The notes under the pieces: model-generated | Database searches by the model: none | Told to the model about the DNA's origin: nothing | The model's input: the letters and a program-made list of their open reading frames with translations, nothing else | Position numbers and translations under genes: made by a program | Shown here: in pieces, positions 27,146 to 37,100 of the stretch | How the letters are laid out: the number at the start of each line of letters is the position of its first letter | Position numbering within the stretch: position 1 is the first letter of the stretch | DNA from: Bryobacteraceae bacterium | Lineage (GTDB): Bacteria; Acidobacteriota; Terriglobia; Bryobacterales; Bryobacteraceae | Assembly (NCBI GenBank): GCA_035714175.1 | Contig: DASTML010000106.1 | Location: 97,045 to 161,044 of the forward strand | DNA: 64,000 nt | Direction: 5' to 3'

Positions 27146-29596
27146 ATGGGGACAACTACGAACAAGAAGCAAATTCAAGGAACTCTTTTAGCAATGCGTG
27201 TCAGAATCCGAATTCAGAAGAATCAAAAACTCCAGCTCAAGGTCGTTAAGCCGGGCAAATGGCTTGCGGTTGGAGCCATGGCGGCCTACACGGCTGTCGG
27301 AGGAGGTTCGCCCGCGTTGTACGGACAACAGGGTGGGGCCGCGGCGCAAACGCGCCCCTCACTGCAGTTTTCCATTCCTCCTGGGGCACTATCGGACGCA
27401 ATTGCCGCATTCGAACGGACGTCGGGATGGAAGGTGGAGATTCCCGACCCCCGGATGGGCACCTTGTCCTCCAAAGGGGCCAACGGCACGCTTTCCGCTT
27501 TCGACGCACTGCAACAGATCGTAGCCGGCACCAATCTTCACTTCAATCTGACCGGCGCCAACCGGGCGCGCCTGACTTTTGAACCCGTGCGCTCCGCGGT
27601 AGACGTTTCCGAACGGGCGCCTCTCTCCTCTCCGCGCTATACAGAACCGCTCCGGAATCTGCCGCAGACCATCACGATCATCCCGAAAGAGATTATCGAC
27701 CAGCAGGGAGCCACCAGCCTTGCCGAAGTCCTGCGCAACGTTCCCGGGATGACGCTTACTGCCGGGGAAGGCGGAGCAGCAGCCGGAGACAATCTCACGC
27801 TACGCGGCAACAGCGCCCGCAACGATATTTTCGTGGACGGCGTTCGCGACCTGAGCCCGCAATCGCGCGATCCTTTCAATCTCGAGTCCGTGGAAGTCAC
27901 AAAAGGCCCCACCTCCGCCATCACAGGACGCGGTTCGGCCGGCGGCGCCATCAATCTGGTAAGCAAGGGACCCAGCATCAACCGGTACATTAACGGCAGC
28001 GTCGCCTTCGGCAATGCCAATACCCGCCGCGCGAGCTTCGACGTCAACACGCCGCTCAAAGCAATCGGCCTGGGTGAACGTACGTCGTTCCGTCTGAACG
28101 GCATGATCCACGACTCCAACGTGCCCGGCCGTGACGTCGTGAAGAATGACCGTTGGGGCTTGGCGCCATCTCTCGCCTTCGGGCTCGGCACCCCCACCCG
28201 TTTGACGCTTAGCTACTACAAGCTCAAACAGGACAACATCTCCGATTACGGCATCCCCTGGGTTCCCGCGACCAACAACGCACTGGCCGCCTATCGCGAC
28301 CAGCCCGCTCCCGTGCCCCGCAACACCTTTTACGGTTTCCGGGACCGGGACCGCGAAGTGCTGAACCAGGATACCGGCACCGTGAAGTTCGAGCACGATT
28401 TTTCCGATAACCTCAACCTCCGCAGCCAGTTCCGATTCGGCAAATCGGGCCGCAACTCCATGGCCGCGCCGCCGCGCTTTGCCTCGAACGACTCCACCGC
28501 TATTAACCGGGAAATGCGTTCGTGGGTTGCGGAAGACAAGATCCTCGACAGCCAGACCGATATTCGCGCCACCTTCAATACAGGCTCCATACGCCACACC
28601 CTGGTCAGCGGCGCGGCCTTCACGAACGAAAAGAACATGCGCATCAACCGGACCGCGCCCAACAGCCCCACCACGTTGTTGGACCCGAATCCGGACGATA
28701 TCTATACGGGCGTGATCACCACCAGCCCCTACGTTGGCCGCCTGACTGGCAATACGCAATCGGCCTGGGCCTTCGACACGGCAAAGTTCGGCGACCACTG
28801 GGAAGCCACCGGCGGCGCCCGTTTCGAACGCTTCGATGTGAATGGCGTCAACACCACGCCGGCCCCTGTCGCGCAGAACGTGAAATTCGCCAGCGTCCGG
28901 GCGGGCCTCATTTACAAGCCGACGCAATCGGGAACGCTCTATGGCTCCTACGGAACGTCCGTCAGCCCGTCGCTGGAAGGGCTCTCCTACAACACGTCAA
29001 ATACGGCCATTCCTCCAGAGAAGACCTACACCGCCGAAGTGGGCAGCAAGTGGGACGTGGCGGGCGGCCGTCTACTTCTCACCGGCGCACTGTTCCGCGT
29101 GGCGAAGGACAATGCTCGTACTCCGGGCCTATTGCCCACCGATCCGCCGCAGGTTCTTTCCGGCCAGCAGGTTTCGCAAGGACTGGAACTGTCCGCATCC
29201 GGCGGCATTACGCGCAACCTTCGCGTACTGGCTTCCTACACGTTGATTGACGCCCGGATCCGCAGTTCCAACACGCCCGCCGAAGTCGGCCGTTACTTCC
29301 AGAATACGCCCCGCAACGCGGCCAGCACTTGGTTCACCTATACAGCGAAGAGGTTTACGGTCGGCGTAGGGCCGCGGTTCATGGGCCGCCGATTCGGCAA
29401 CAACATCAACACGCGCCAAGTGAAGGCGTACGGCACGGTGGATGCCATGGCCTCCTACACGGTCAACCGGCATCTGGACTTGCGCCTGAACGTTTCCAAC
29501 CTGAACGACTCCTACTACTTCGAACGCTTGGGCGGCGGCCACCTGATCCCTGGAGCCTCCCGGTTCGCTCTGTTCACGACGAACTTCCATTTTTAA
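27146..29596 (+). CDS. TonB-dependent siderophore receptor with an N-terminal STN signalling domain
   Basis: STN-like segment SLQFSIPPGALSDAIAAFERTSGWKVEIPD..FDALQQIVAGTNLHF. Plug domain (ITIIPKEIIDQQGATSLAEVLRNVPGMT..GNSARNDIFVDGVRD), 22-strand-type barrel, C-terminal ..FTTNFHF. The start is uncertain (GTG 27137, ATG 27146, ATG 27194). Confidence 0.9.
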   Translation: MGTTTNKKQIQGTLLAMRVRIRIQKNQKLQLKVVKPGKWLAVGAMAAYTAVGGGSPALYGQQGGAAAQTRPSLQFSIPPGALSDAIAAFERTSGWKVEIPDPRMGTLSSKGANGTLSAFDALQQIVAGTNLHFNLTGANRARLTFEPVRSAVDVSERAPLSSPRYTEPLRNLPQTITIIPKEIIDQQGATSLAEVLRNVPGMTLTAGEGGAAAGDNLTLRGNSARNDIFVDGVRDLSPQSRDPFNLESVEVTKGPTSAITGRGSAGGAINLVSKGPSINRYINGSVAFGNANTRRASFDVNTPLKAIGLGERTSFRLNGMIHDSNVPGRDVVKNDRWGLAPSLAFGLGTPTRLTLSYYKLKQDNISDYGIPWVPATNNALAAYRDQPAPVPRNTFYGFRDRDREVLNQDTGTVKFEHDFSDNLNLRSQFRFGKSGRNSMAAPPRFASNDSTAINREMRSWVAEDKILDSQTDIRATFNTGSIRHTLVSGAAFTNEKNMRINRTAPNSPTTLLDPNPDDIYTGVITTSPYVGRLTGNTQSAWAFDTAKFGDHWEATGGARFERFDVNGVNTTPAPVAQNVKFASVRAGLIYKPTQSGTLYGSYGTSVSPSLEGLSYNTSNTAIPPEKTYTAEVGSKWDVAGGRLLLTGALFRVAKDNARTPGLLPTDPPQVLSGQQVSQGLELSASGGITRNLRVLASYTLIDARIRSSNTPAEVGRYFQNTPRNAASTWFTYTAKRFTVGVGPRFMGRRFGNNINTRQVKAYGTVDAMASYTVNRHLDLRLNVSNLNDSYYFERLGGGHLIPGASRFALFTTNFHF

Positions 29597-29608
29597 GCAA
29601 GACTTTAC

Positions 29609-30289
29609 ATGCTCCTTCACATCGAAAACGTACTGACTCCGGACGCCGCCGACTCTGCGCGGCGCGCCCTGGAGTCGGCCGATTGGGTCGACGGACGGAT
29701 CACCGCCGGCTACCAATCCGCCAGGGCGAAGGACAATCTGCAGTTGCCGGAGAACCATCCGCTGGCCGTCGAACTCGGCGACCACATCGTCTCCGCCCTG
29801 CAAGCCCACCCGCTCTTCATGGGCGCCGCGTTGCCATTGCGCATATTTCCGCCTCTTTTTAACTGTTATCGCGGCGGTCAATCCTTCGGAACGCATGTTG
29901 ACAACGCCGTGCGACAGGTTCCCGGCACCGGCCATCGGATTCGCACCGACCTCTCCGCCACGCTATTCCTCACACCTCCTGAAGACTACGAAGGCGGCGA
30001 ACTGATGATCGAGGATACCTACGGCACCCAGGCAATCAAGCTCCCAGCCGGGCACCTGGTACTCTATCCGGCAACCAGTTTGCATCATGTCCGCCCCGTA
30101 ACCCGCGGCGCACGGATCTCGTCGTTCTTCTGGATGCAGAGCATGATTCGCGACGATAGCCAAAGAACGTTGCTATTCGACCTGGACATCGCCATTCAAA
30201 GACTGTCCGCCGAGGTTCCGGACCATCCTTCCGCCGTGCAACTCACTGGCGTATATCACAACCTGATACGGATGTGGGCGGACCTGTAA
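29609..30289 (+). CDS. piuC: Fe(II)/2-oxoglutarate-dependent PKHD-type hydroxylase PiuC/YbiX
   Basis: [34 protein letters not shown].. and [19 protein letters not shown] give the HxD...H facial triad. It is in the usual position after a siderophore receptor. Confidence 0.9.
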   Translation: MLLHIENVLTPDAADSARRALESADWVDGRITAGYQSARAKDNLQLPENHPLAVELGDHIVSALQAHPLFMGAALPLRIFPPLFNCYRGGQSFGTHVDNAVRQVPGTGHRIRTDLSATLFLTPPEDYEGGELMIEDTYGTQAIKLPAGHLVLYPATSLHHVRPVTRGARISSFFWMQSMIRDDSQRTLLFDLDIAIQRLSAEVPDHPSAVQLTGVYHNLIRMWADL

Positions 30290-30940
30290 GTGGCGCTCCC
30301 CGCAACAACGGATAAACCCAAGGCAACTCCTTCGCGCCGGTCCTTCTGGGCGCGGCAGATTACGTTGTGGCATTGGGTCAGTTCCGGTATCTGCCTGATC
30401 GGCATGTTGCTGTTCACCGTCACCGGCATTACGCTGAATCACGCCGCCGCCATTCCGTCCACACCGGTGGTGACACAGACCGCCGCCGTAGTTCCCGAAC
30501 CGCTGCGGGCCCAACTGCAGGCTGGCCCCGTGGACGGCAAACAGCCGCTCCCTCCGGCGCTCGCCGAATGGGTGCATGCACAGTTCGGGGCTACAACGCC
30601 CACCGCTGCCGCGGAATGGTCCGAAGAGGAAGTCTACATTTCTCTTCCCCGCCCCGGCGGCGACGGGTGGGCCAGCATTCAACGCAAAACCGGCCAGACG
30701 AAGTACGAAAAAACCGACCGCGGTTGGATCTCCTATCTCAACGACTTGCACAAGGGCCGGCATACCGGCACGGCTTGGATGGTGTTCATCGACGTGGTGG
30801 CGGCGGCCTGCCTGGTCTTCACCATCTCCGGTCTGCTGCTGCTGCAACTCCACGCCGCCAAGCGCCCGTCCACGTGGCCGCTCGTCGCCGCGGGGCTAGT
30901 CATTCCCGTTTTGTTAATGCTTTTGCTCGTTCATCGCTAA
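30290..30940 (+). CDS. PepSY-associated TM-helix membrane protein (PiuB-like putative reductase component)
   Basis: The GTG start abuts the piuC stop. ITLWHWVSSGICLIGMLLFTVTGITLNH and LNDLHKGRHTGTAWMVFIDVVAAACLVFTISGLLL are the PepSY_TM pattern with conserved His residues. Confidence 0.8.
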   Translation: MALPATTDKPKATPSRRSFWARQITLWHWVSSGICLIGMLLFTVTGITLNHAAAIPSTPVVTQTAAVVPEPLRAQLQAGPVDGKQPLPPALAEWVHAQFGATTPTAAAEWSEEEVYISLPRPGGDGWASIQRKTGQTKYEKTDRGWISYLNDLHKGRHTGTAWMVFIDVVAAACLVFTISGLLLLQLHAAKRPSTWPLVAAGLVIPVLLMLLLVHR

Positions 30941-30954
30941 CAAGGATTTATCGC

Positions 30955-31455
30955 ATGCGCATCTTACTTCCCGCCGCCGTTCTTTCCGTCAGCGCAATCG
31001 CCGCTGATGTGGAAGTGACGCTGGAAATCCCCCGGCTCAGCGTCGCCGAATACCATCGCCCCTATGTGGCCCTTTGGGTAGAGCGCGCGGATCAATCCGT
31101 CGCCGCCAATCTCGCCGTCTGGTATGACCAGCAAACCAACAAGAACGAGACCGGAACCACCTGGTTGAAAGATCTGCGTATGTGGTGGCGAAAATCGGGC
31201 CGGGAGCTGAAAATGCCGGTCGACGGCGTTTCCGGCGCCACCCGCCCCCCCGGCACGCACCAGATCACGTTCCGCGCGGCTAAATCCGCGCTTGCGGGCC
31301 TTCCGCCCGGGACCTATCAACTCGTTGTCGAAGCGGCCCGCGAAGTCGGCGGCCGCGAACTCATCCGCGTTCCCTTCCAATGGCCCGCACTTCAGGCCGG
31401 CTCCGTCAAAGGCCAGTATGAAATCGGCCAGGTCAAGGTCACACCAAAACCCTAA
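30955..31455 (+). CDS. DUF2271 periplasmic protein (predicted ApbE flavinylation substrate)
   Basis: Signal peptide MRILLPAAVLSVSAIAA. YHRPYVALWVE.., WLKDLRMWWRKSG and DGVSGATRPPG are as in DUF2271 proteins. ATG 30955 lies within the longer track ORF 30367-31455. Confidence 0.8.
   Translation: MRILLPAAVLSVSAIAADVEVTLEIPRLSVAEYHRPYVALWVERADQSVAANLAVWYDQQTNKNETGTTWLKDLRMWWRKSGRELKMPVDGVSGATRPPGTHQITFRAAKSALAGLPPGTYQLVVEAAREVGGRELIRVPFQWPALQAGSVKGQYEIGQVKVTPKP
31222..31242 (+). other. flavinylation motif D-G-V-S-G-A-T (ApbE target Thr = codon 31240-31242)
   Basis: The codons gac ggc gtt tcc ggc gcc acc, read directly, match the Dxx[S/T]GA[T/S] motif of NqrC/RnfG-type FMN attachment sites. Confidence 0.6.
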
Positions 31456-31470
31456 CCCCAGGACAACCCC

Positions 31471-32394
31471 ATGCACATCTCCCGTTTCCGGTTAATCCCC
31501 GCCCTGGCCCTCTTCGCCGGGCTCGCACCGTCGCTGCTGGCGCACCGGCAGTGGATGCTCCCTTCTTCCACCGTTCTCTCCGCCGCCGACCCCTGGGTCA
31601 CGGTGGACGCCGCCGTCTCGAACGAACTCTTCTACTTCGACCACGTGCCGTTGCGCTTAAACAATCTGACCATCACGGCGCCCGACGGTTCCGCCATCGA
31701 ACCGCAGAACCCTGCCACCGGCAAGTACCGCAGCACCTTCGACATCAACCTCAAGAAGCAGGGCACCTATCGCGTTTCTCTCGTCAACAGCACCGTATTC
31801 GCTACCTGGACTGAAAACGGAGAAGCCAAAAATTGGCGCGGTACCGCCGCCGCCTTTGCCAAGGAAGTTCCCCAGAACGCTACCGGCTTGAAGACTTCGA
31901 AAATGAATAGCCGGGTGGAACTCTTCCTCACCTCGGGCAAGCCGACCCGTGAAGCTCTCGCCCCGACCGGTTCCGGCCTGGAAATGGTCCCCGTCACGCA
32001 CCCCAACGATCTCGTGGCCGGCGAGGCCGCCACCTTCCAGCTTCTCTCCGACGGAAAGCCCGCCGCCGACCTCGAAGTCACCGTCATCCCCGGCGGCATC
32101 CGCTACCGGAATCAGTTGCATGAGGTAAAAATAAAGACGGACGCCGAAGGCAAGTTCACCACCACGTTCAAAGACCCTGGCATGTATTGGCTGAACGCCT
32201 CCACGGGCGGCGGCCGCGGTCCCGGAGGTCCGGGTGGTCCTGTCGGCGGCCCCAATGCGGGTGCGCCCCGGCAGGGAGGCCCGAACGCTGGCGGCCCGCG
32301 GCCGGGCGGCGGTCCTGGCGGCGGTCCCGGTGGGCGCATGCCGGCCGGTAACCGCGCCAGCTACGTCGCCACGCTCGAAGTCCTTCCTCAATAA
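31471..32394 (+). CDS. DUF4198 periplasmic protein with a Gly/Pro-rich C-terminal insertion
   Basis: Signal peptide MHISRFRLIPALALFAGLAPSLLAHRQWMLPS (the typical AH..W start of DUF4198), a beta-rich body, and terminal ..ASYVATLEVLPQ. Confidence 0.8.
   Translation: MHISRFRLIPALALFAGLAPSLLAHRQWMLPSSTVLSAADPWVTVDAAVSNELFYFDHVPLRLNNLTITAPDGSAIEPQNPATGKYRSTFDINLKKQGTYRVSLVNSTVFATWTENGEAKNWRGTAAAFAKEVPQNATGLKTSKMNSRVELFLTSGKPTREALAPTGSGLEMVPVTHPNDLVAGEAATFQLLSDGKPAADLEVTVIPGGIRYRNQLHEVKIKTDAEGKFTTTFKDPGMYWLNASTGGGRGPGGPGGPVGGPNAGAPRQGGPNAGGPRPGGGPGGGPGGRMPAGNRASYVATLEVLPQ
32203..32352 (+). repeat. low-complexity Gly/Pro coding tract (aa 245-294 of the DUF4198 protein)
   Basis: Encodes TGGGRGPGGPGGPVGGPNAGAPRQGGPNAGGPRPGGGPGGGPGGRMPAGN, with reiterated ggc/ccg/ggt units and a near-repeat GGPNAG(A/G)PR. 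Confidence 0.7.
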
Positions 32395-32395
32395 C

Positions 32396-33385
32396 TTGCG
32401 TCAAGTCGCAATTCCCAACTCACTACCCGGCGGCAAGCCCCCCACGCCGCCGCCGGGTACGCATCGCCTGCTTTCAATCGCCGGTGAAACCATGGGCACC
32501 ACCTGGAGCCTGGAATGTTTCACGCCGCCCGGCCTTACCGGAGACGCCGTACGCGCCCTGGTCGAATCCCACCTCGATTTGCTCGTGCGCCAGATGAGTC
32601 ACTGGCGCGGCGATTCTGACCTTGCCCGTTTCAACCGTGCCGATCCCGGCGCCGCCGTTTCCCTCCCCGCCGAATTTTTCCACGTTCTTAGCGCAGCCCT
32701 ACAGATCGCCCAGGAGACCGGCGGGGCCTTCGACCCTACCCTTGGCGAGGTTGTCAACGCCTGGGGCTTCGGCCCGCCCGGCCCCCATCCGGAACTCATT
32801 CATCCGCCCGGCCGCTGGCGCAAGATTCTCCTCGATCCCGCCGCCCAGAGCGCAATCCAGCCCGGCGGCGCCATCCTGGACCTCTCCGCCATCGCCAAAG
32901 GCTTCGCCGTCGATCACGTCGCCGTGCAACTCGACTCCCTCGGCATCGGCAGCTATCTCCTCGAAATCGGCGGCGAACTCAAGTCTCGCGGCGTCAAACC
33001 CGATGGCCAGCCCTGGTGGGTGCTCATCGAGCCGCCGCCCGGCATGCCTCCGGCCGGCGAAATCATCATCGCGCTCTACAACAACGCCGTCGCCACCTCC
33101 GGCGACTATCGCCGCTATGTAGAGCGTGCGGGGGAACGCCTCCCGCACACGCTCGATCCGCTCACCGCGGCCCCCGTTCGTTCACCGCTCGCCAGCGTCT
33201 CCGTCTTGCATGCCGACGCCATGCGGGCCGATGCTTATGCCACCGCGCTCACCGTTCTCGGCGCCGCGCGCGGTCTCACCCTCTCGGACCAACTCGGGCT
33301 CCCGGCCGTCTTCCTGCTGCGGGAAGACGGCCGGATGCGCACCCTCAAAAGCCGTGCTTTCCAGGCGATGCTCGACGAAGACTAG
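32396..33385 (+). CDS. apbE: ApbE-family FAD:protein FMN transferase
   Basis: ..ETMGTTWSLE.., ..FDPTLGEVVNAWGFG.., ..LDLSAIAKGFAVD.., ..AVATSGDYRRY.., ..HTLDPLTAAP.. are ApbE hallmarks. The start is uncertain (TTG 32396 just after the preceding stop, or ATG 32492). Confidence 0.85.
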   Translation: MRQVAIPNSLPGGKPPTPPPGTHRLLSIAGETMGTTWSLECFTPPGLTGDAVRALVESHLDLLVRQMSHWRGDSDLARFNRADPGAAVSLPAEFFHVLSAALQIAQETGGAFDPTLGEVVNAWGFGPPGPHPELIHPPGRWRKILLDPAAQSAIQPGGAILDLSAIAKGFAVDHVAVQLDSLGIGSYLLEIGGELKSRGVKPDGQPWWVLIEPPPGMPPAGEIIIALYNNAVATSGDYRRYVERAGERLPHTLDPLTAAPVRSPLASVSVLHADAMRADAYATALTVLGAARGLTLSDQLGLPAVFLLREDGRMRTLKSRAFQAMLDED

Positions 33386-34179
33386 TCTTTCGCGCCGATG
33401 CCAAACGTCAGGCTGGCCCAGAAACTCTCCCAGTCCGCCGCCTTGGGCTCCGCGCAACGCTCCATGACGATCGCGTGCAGCCGGTGCGGTCCGTTCGCGT
33501 GTACCGGCACCTTCACTCGGCCGTTGTGGTCCGTACGCCCCACAACATCCATCTTCGCTTTGCCCCCCTCCAGCCAGGCTGACTCCACGGCGACATCGGC
33601 CGCCGGCTTGCCCCGGAACAGTACCTGCACCGGCAACGTATCGCCCGGTCGCAACGAATACGGGTCCACCTCGGGCACAATCTCAATCGTCAACCCAGTC
33701 CGCTGCCGGAAATAGTCATCTGTTGTGCCCACGCGCAGCATGGACTTCACGTACTTGCTATACCGTTCCCGCCCCGGCTTGCCTGTCTCACCATTCTTCT
33801 CCCGATAGGCCAACGTGCCGGTCAGGTTTTCATGCTCCAGGTAGGATTTGAACTTGGCTGGGTCCAGTTCGATGAAGTTGGGGAGCGTCTGCGCGGTGAG
33901 AATCGCAAGGCCCGGGCCCGGAATCCGCACGGACGCCACCGTCCGCGTCTTTTCGCCCGTAATCTTCTCCATCGGCGCGGTCCCTGCCTTTGATCGCAGC
34001 TGCGTATTGCGCAGACGCGAGGGATTTACGGGCGAGGAGGCCTCCGGAAATTCATCCCCATTCTGAAACACCAACCGCAGAATTTCCCCCGGCTTCGCCG
34101 CAAACCGCTCCGGCATCAGGTACAGATCGTGGGCCGGCAGCAATCCCGCCAGCCACAGAGTCAACCATATTTTTTTCAC
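33382..34179 (-). CDS. second DUF4198 periplasmic protein
   Basis: Signal peptide MKKIWLTLWLAGLLPAHDLYLMPERF (the AHD..L start typical of DUF4198). Its stop shares CTAG (33382-33385) with the stop of convergent apbE. Confidence 0.75.
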   Translation of the reverse strand: MKKIWLTLWLAGLLPAHDLYLMPERFAAKPGEILRLVFQNGDEFPEASSPVNPSRLRNTQLRSKAGTAPMEKITGEKTRTVASVRIPGPGLAILTAQTLPNFIELDPAKFKSYLEHENLTGTLAYREKNGETGKPGRERYSKYVKSMLRVGTTDDYFRQRTGLTIEIVPEVDPYSLRPGDTLPVQVLFRGKPAADVAVESAWLEGGKAKMDVVGRTDHNGRVKVPVHANGPHRLHAIVMERCAEPKAADWESFWASLTFGIGAKD

Positions 34180-34194
34180 AAGTTCTCCCTAATT

Positions 34195-37100
34195 CTAAAA
34201 CTGCAGCTTCAGCGCCAACTGCACGGAGCGAGGGCCGCCCATCTGGTACAGCGGGTTCAACCCGCCCACACTGGAGCCGCTCACAATCCCGGTCGAACGG
34301 CCAAAATTCGTATTGGTCATCACGCCTACCGGATTGGCGAAGTTCGGCGTGTTGCTCAGATTAAACGCATCGGCCCGCAGGTCCAGCCCAACCCGCTCGC
34401 CCAGCACAAACCGCCGCCGGATCGAAAGGTCCAACTGCCCCATTCCGAACCCTCGCAGCACATTGCGCCCCAGTGTTCCCTGGCGTCCTTGCGCCAAGGG
34501 CGTCGCATCGTCAAAAGCCGCCCGGTTGAAGCGCCGCCCGCCGGGAAAACTCCCGTCGTAGACGTACAACGGTTGTCCCGGCAGAATATCTGGACGCGCC
34601 ACATTGGTCAAACCCAGTCCAAGCGGGTCGCGGCCCGTGGTCACCGTGACCGGCGTCGCCGTCCGGAATCGTCCGATGGCATCTACCGAAAACCCTCCCA
34701 ACATCTTCCGGACTGCGCGCCAGGAAGGAATATCGTAGCTAACGGCGCCCGTAAATACATGCCGCGCATCAAATGAGGAGGGGCCGCGGTCCGAGGAAGG
34801 AGACAGTCGTGTCGACTGCACGGCTAGGTTCGTGTTCGATTCGTCCGAGGCGGTATCGAGCGACTTGGACCATGTATATGCCGCCAGCGCCTGCGCGCCT
34901 CTCGCCATCCTGCGCTTAAACTGCGTTTGCAGAGAATTGTATTGAGAGTAACCCTCGTTATTCACCACGTCGACGCGAGTAAAGAGGGGATTTTGCAGCG
35001 CCGCCGGCCGCAGGCTCTCTACGCGAGCCAACCGGTGACCAGCAGACCCGACATAGGAAATGGACAACGAATTGGCTGTGCCGAACGGCTGCTCCACAGC
35101 AAAGCTGTATTGGAGCGAGTAGGGCAACTGGTAGTCATCGGCATAGGCAAACAGTCGCGGATAAGGCGGCTGGACAAGGAGAGCACCCACAGGCGCAAAA
35201 AAGACAGGCGCATCGATGGCGGTGTTGGTAACCGTCGCCGCTCGAGAGTAAGGATAGGTGGATGGAGAAAACACGGTACCGGTGTAGGCATATCCCAAAT
35301 CGTAGAAGGAGCCAAAACCCGCTCGCAGCACGGTACCCCGGTCACCGGGCAACTGGTAGGCGATCCCAACGCGGGGAGCGAAGTTCGTGTACGTGGTCTC
35401 GTAGAGCGGCGAATTCTTCGTGCCCAACGTTGCCGACGCCGGGTTCTGGATACCGCGCACCGTTAACGGCAGATTGCCGTTAGCCTCGGACGGAGCCGGA
35501 TTCATCTCCCATCGCAACCCGTAAGTCAGAGTGAGCCGTCTCGATACGCGCCATGCGTCCTGCGCAAAGAGCGATAGGTTGAGGTACCTTGGCTCCAAAT
35601 AGTTGTCCGTCTGCCGCACCTCGCCCGTCGGTACAATGCCTTTCGTAAGCTCCGTAATCGAAGCGAACGTCAGAGTTTTGCTGAACAAGCGCCCGCCAAT
35701 CGACGGAGACAGCCGCCGCACATCCACGCCGAACTTCATCGCATGACTGCCCTTGTTCCAGTACGTGGTGTTCACAATATTCCACTGGCGCTGCGTATTC
35801 CGGCTGAACACGCCGGGACTGATCGTGTTTTCGTCGTTGCCGCCAATTGTCAGGTAATATAGCGACGTCTCCGGTTTTGCGAAATCCGGGAATAGCAGAT
35901 CGCGCGGCAGGAGTTTCGCCCCGCCGTAGGTATCCTGCTCATAGATCTGCGCCGCCAGCGAGCGGCTCCAGTTCAGGCGTAGGTCGTTGGTCAAGGCAGG
36001 CGAAAACATCATCGTGGCCCCGCCGGTGACGGTCTCCGTTTTGCCAGGGAGCGTGGCGACAAAGCTCGGCGTGACGTAGCGGCCACGCTCTCTGTTTTCC
36101 GAAGGCGCGTAGTTGTAGCGGCCGAATAGCTGTAATTTCTGAGAAACCGCATGATCGCCGCGAACGCTGGTTGCATTCAGACGGGAGGGATTAGAAAAAC
36201 TCGTGACGTACGGCGTCTCCATCGGAGCCTCGGCCAAAGGCGGCGCCACGGGAAGCGGATAAGCTTCCAGAAGCGCCTTCACCATGCCGGTCGCCTGCGC
36301 GCGCGCCGCCGCGGAAGGTACGCGCACCGGAGCGGAGATCACCGGTTGAATCAATCGCAATCCTTCGTAGGACGCAAAAAAGAAGGTGCGGTTCTTTCCG
36401 TTCCAGAGCCGCGGCAACAAGACCGGGCCTCCTACGGTGAAACCGAAATCGTTCTGCCGCAGTGCGGGCCGGCGCAGCCCGTTGTAGTTCCCAAACCAGC
36501 TGTTGGCATCCAACTTGTCGTTTCGTAAATAGTTGAACGCGGAGCCATGGAACTGATTGGTTCCGGAGCGCGTCACGATAGCTACCTGCGCGCCGGGCTG
36601 CCGGCCGTACTCCGGCGCATACGTAGATGTCTGAACGGTGAATTCCTGCACCGCATCTACGGAAGCAAGTGTGCTCGTGCTGCCCTGGGAAGAGAAGGAG
36701 GGAGTACCTCCGCCCGCGCCTTCATAGGGCGTCGAGGCAAAGGGCATGCCGAAATTGGCGCCCACGCCGTCGACGGTGAAATAGTTCGTTCCCGTCCGCT
36801 GACCGTTCACCGAAAATTGGCCGGAATCCGGTAGCGTGGACGTCGTCATCACCACGCCCGGCGAAAGCGGGAGCAACGATTGAAAGCTTCTGCCGTTCAG
36901 CGGTTGCACAGCGATAAACGAACGATCGACGGAGGTCGACACGGCTGGGCCTTCCCGGATTACCGCTGCTTCCGCTGTTACTTCCACTCGTTCCCCGCGC
37001 GAGGCGACTCGCAATCGCAACGTCACCGACCGTTGGTCGTTCGCATGGATCGGCACCGCCTCCAACCTCGCGGCCATGAAACCGTCCCGTTCGGCCGTCA

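Noticed and set aside
27027-27193. A Fur box upstream of the siderophore receptor
   Set aside because: Only weak partial matches (CATATTCATATT, TTATTGACACTCATTTGCA) to the GATAATGATAATCATTATC consensus. I kept it as a low-confidence repeat feature rather than calling a Fur site.
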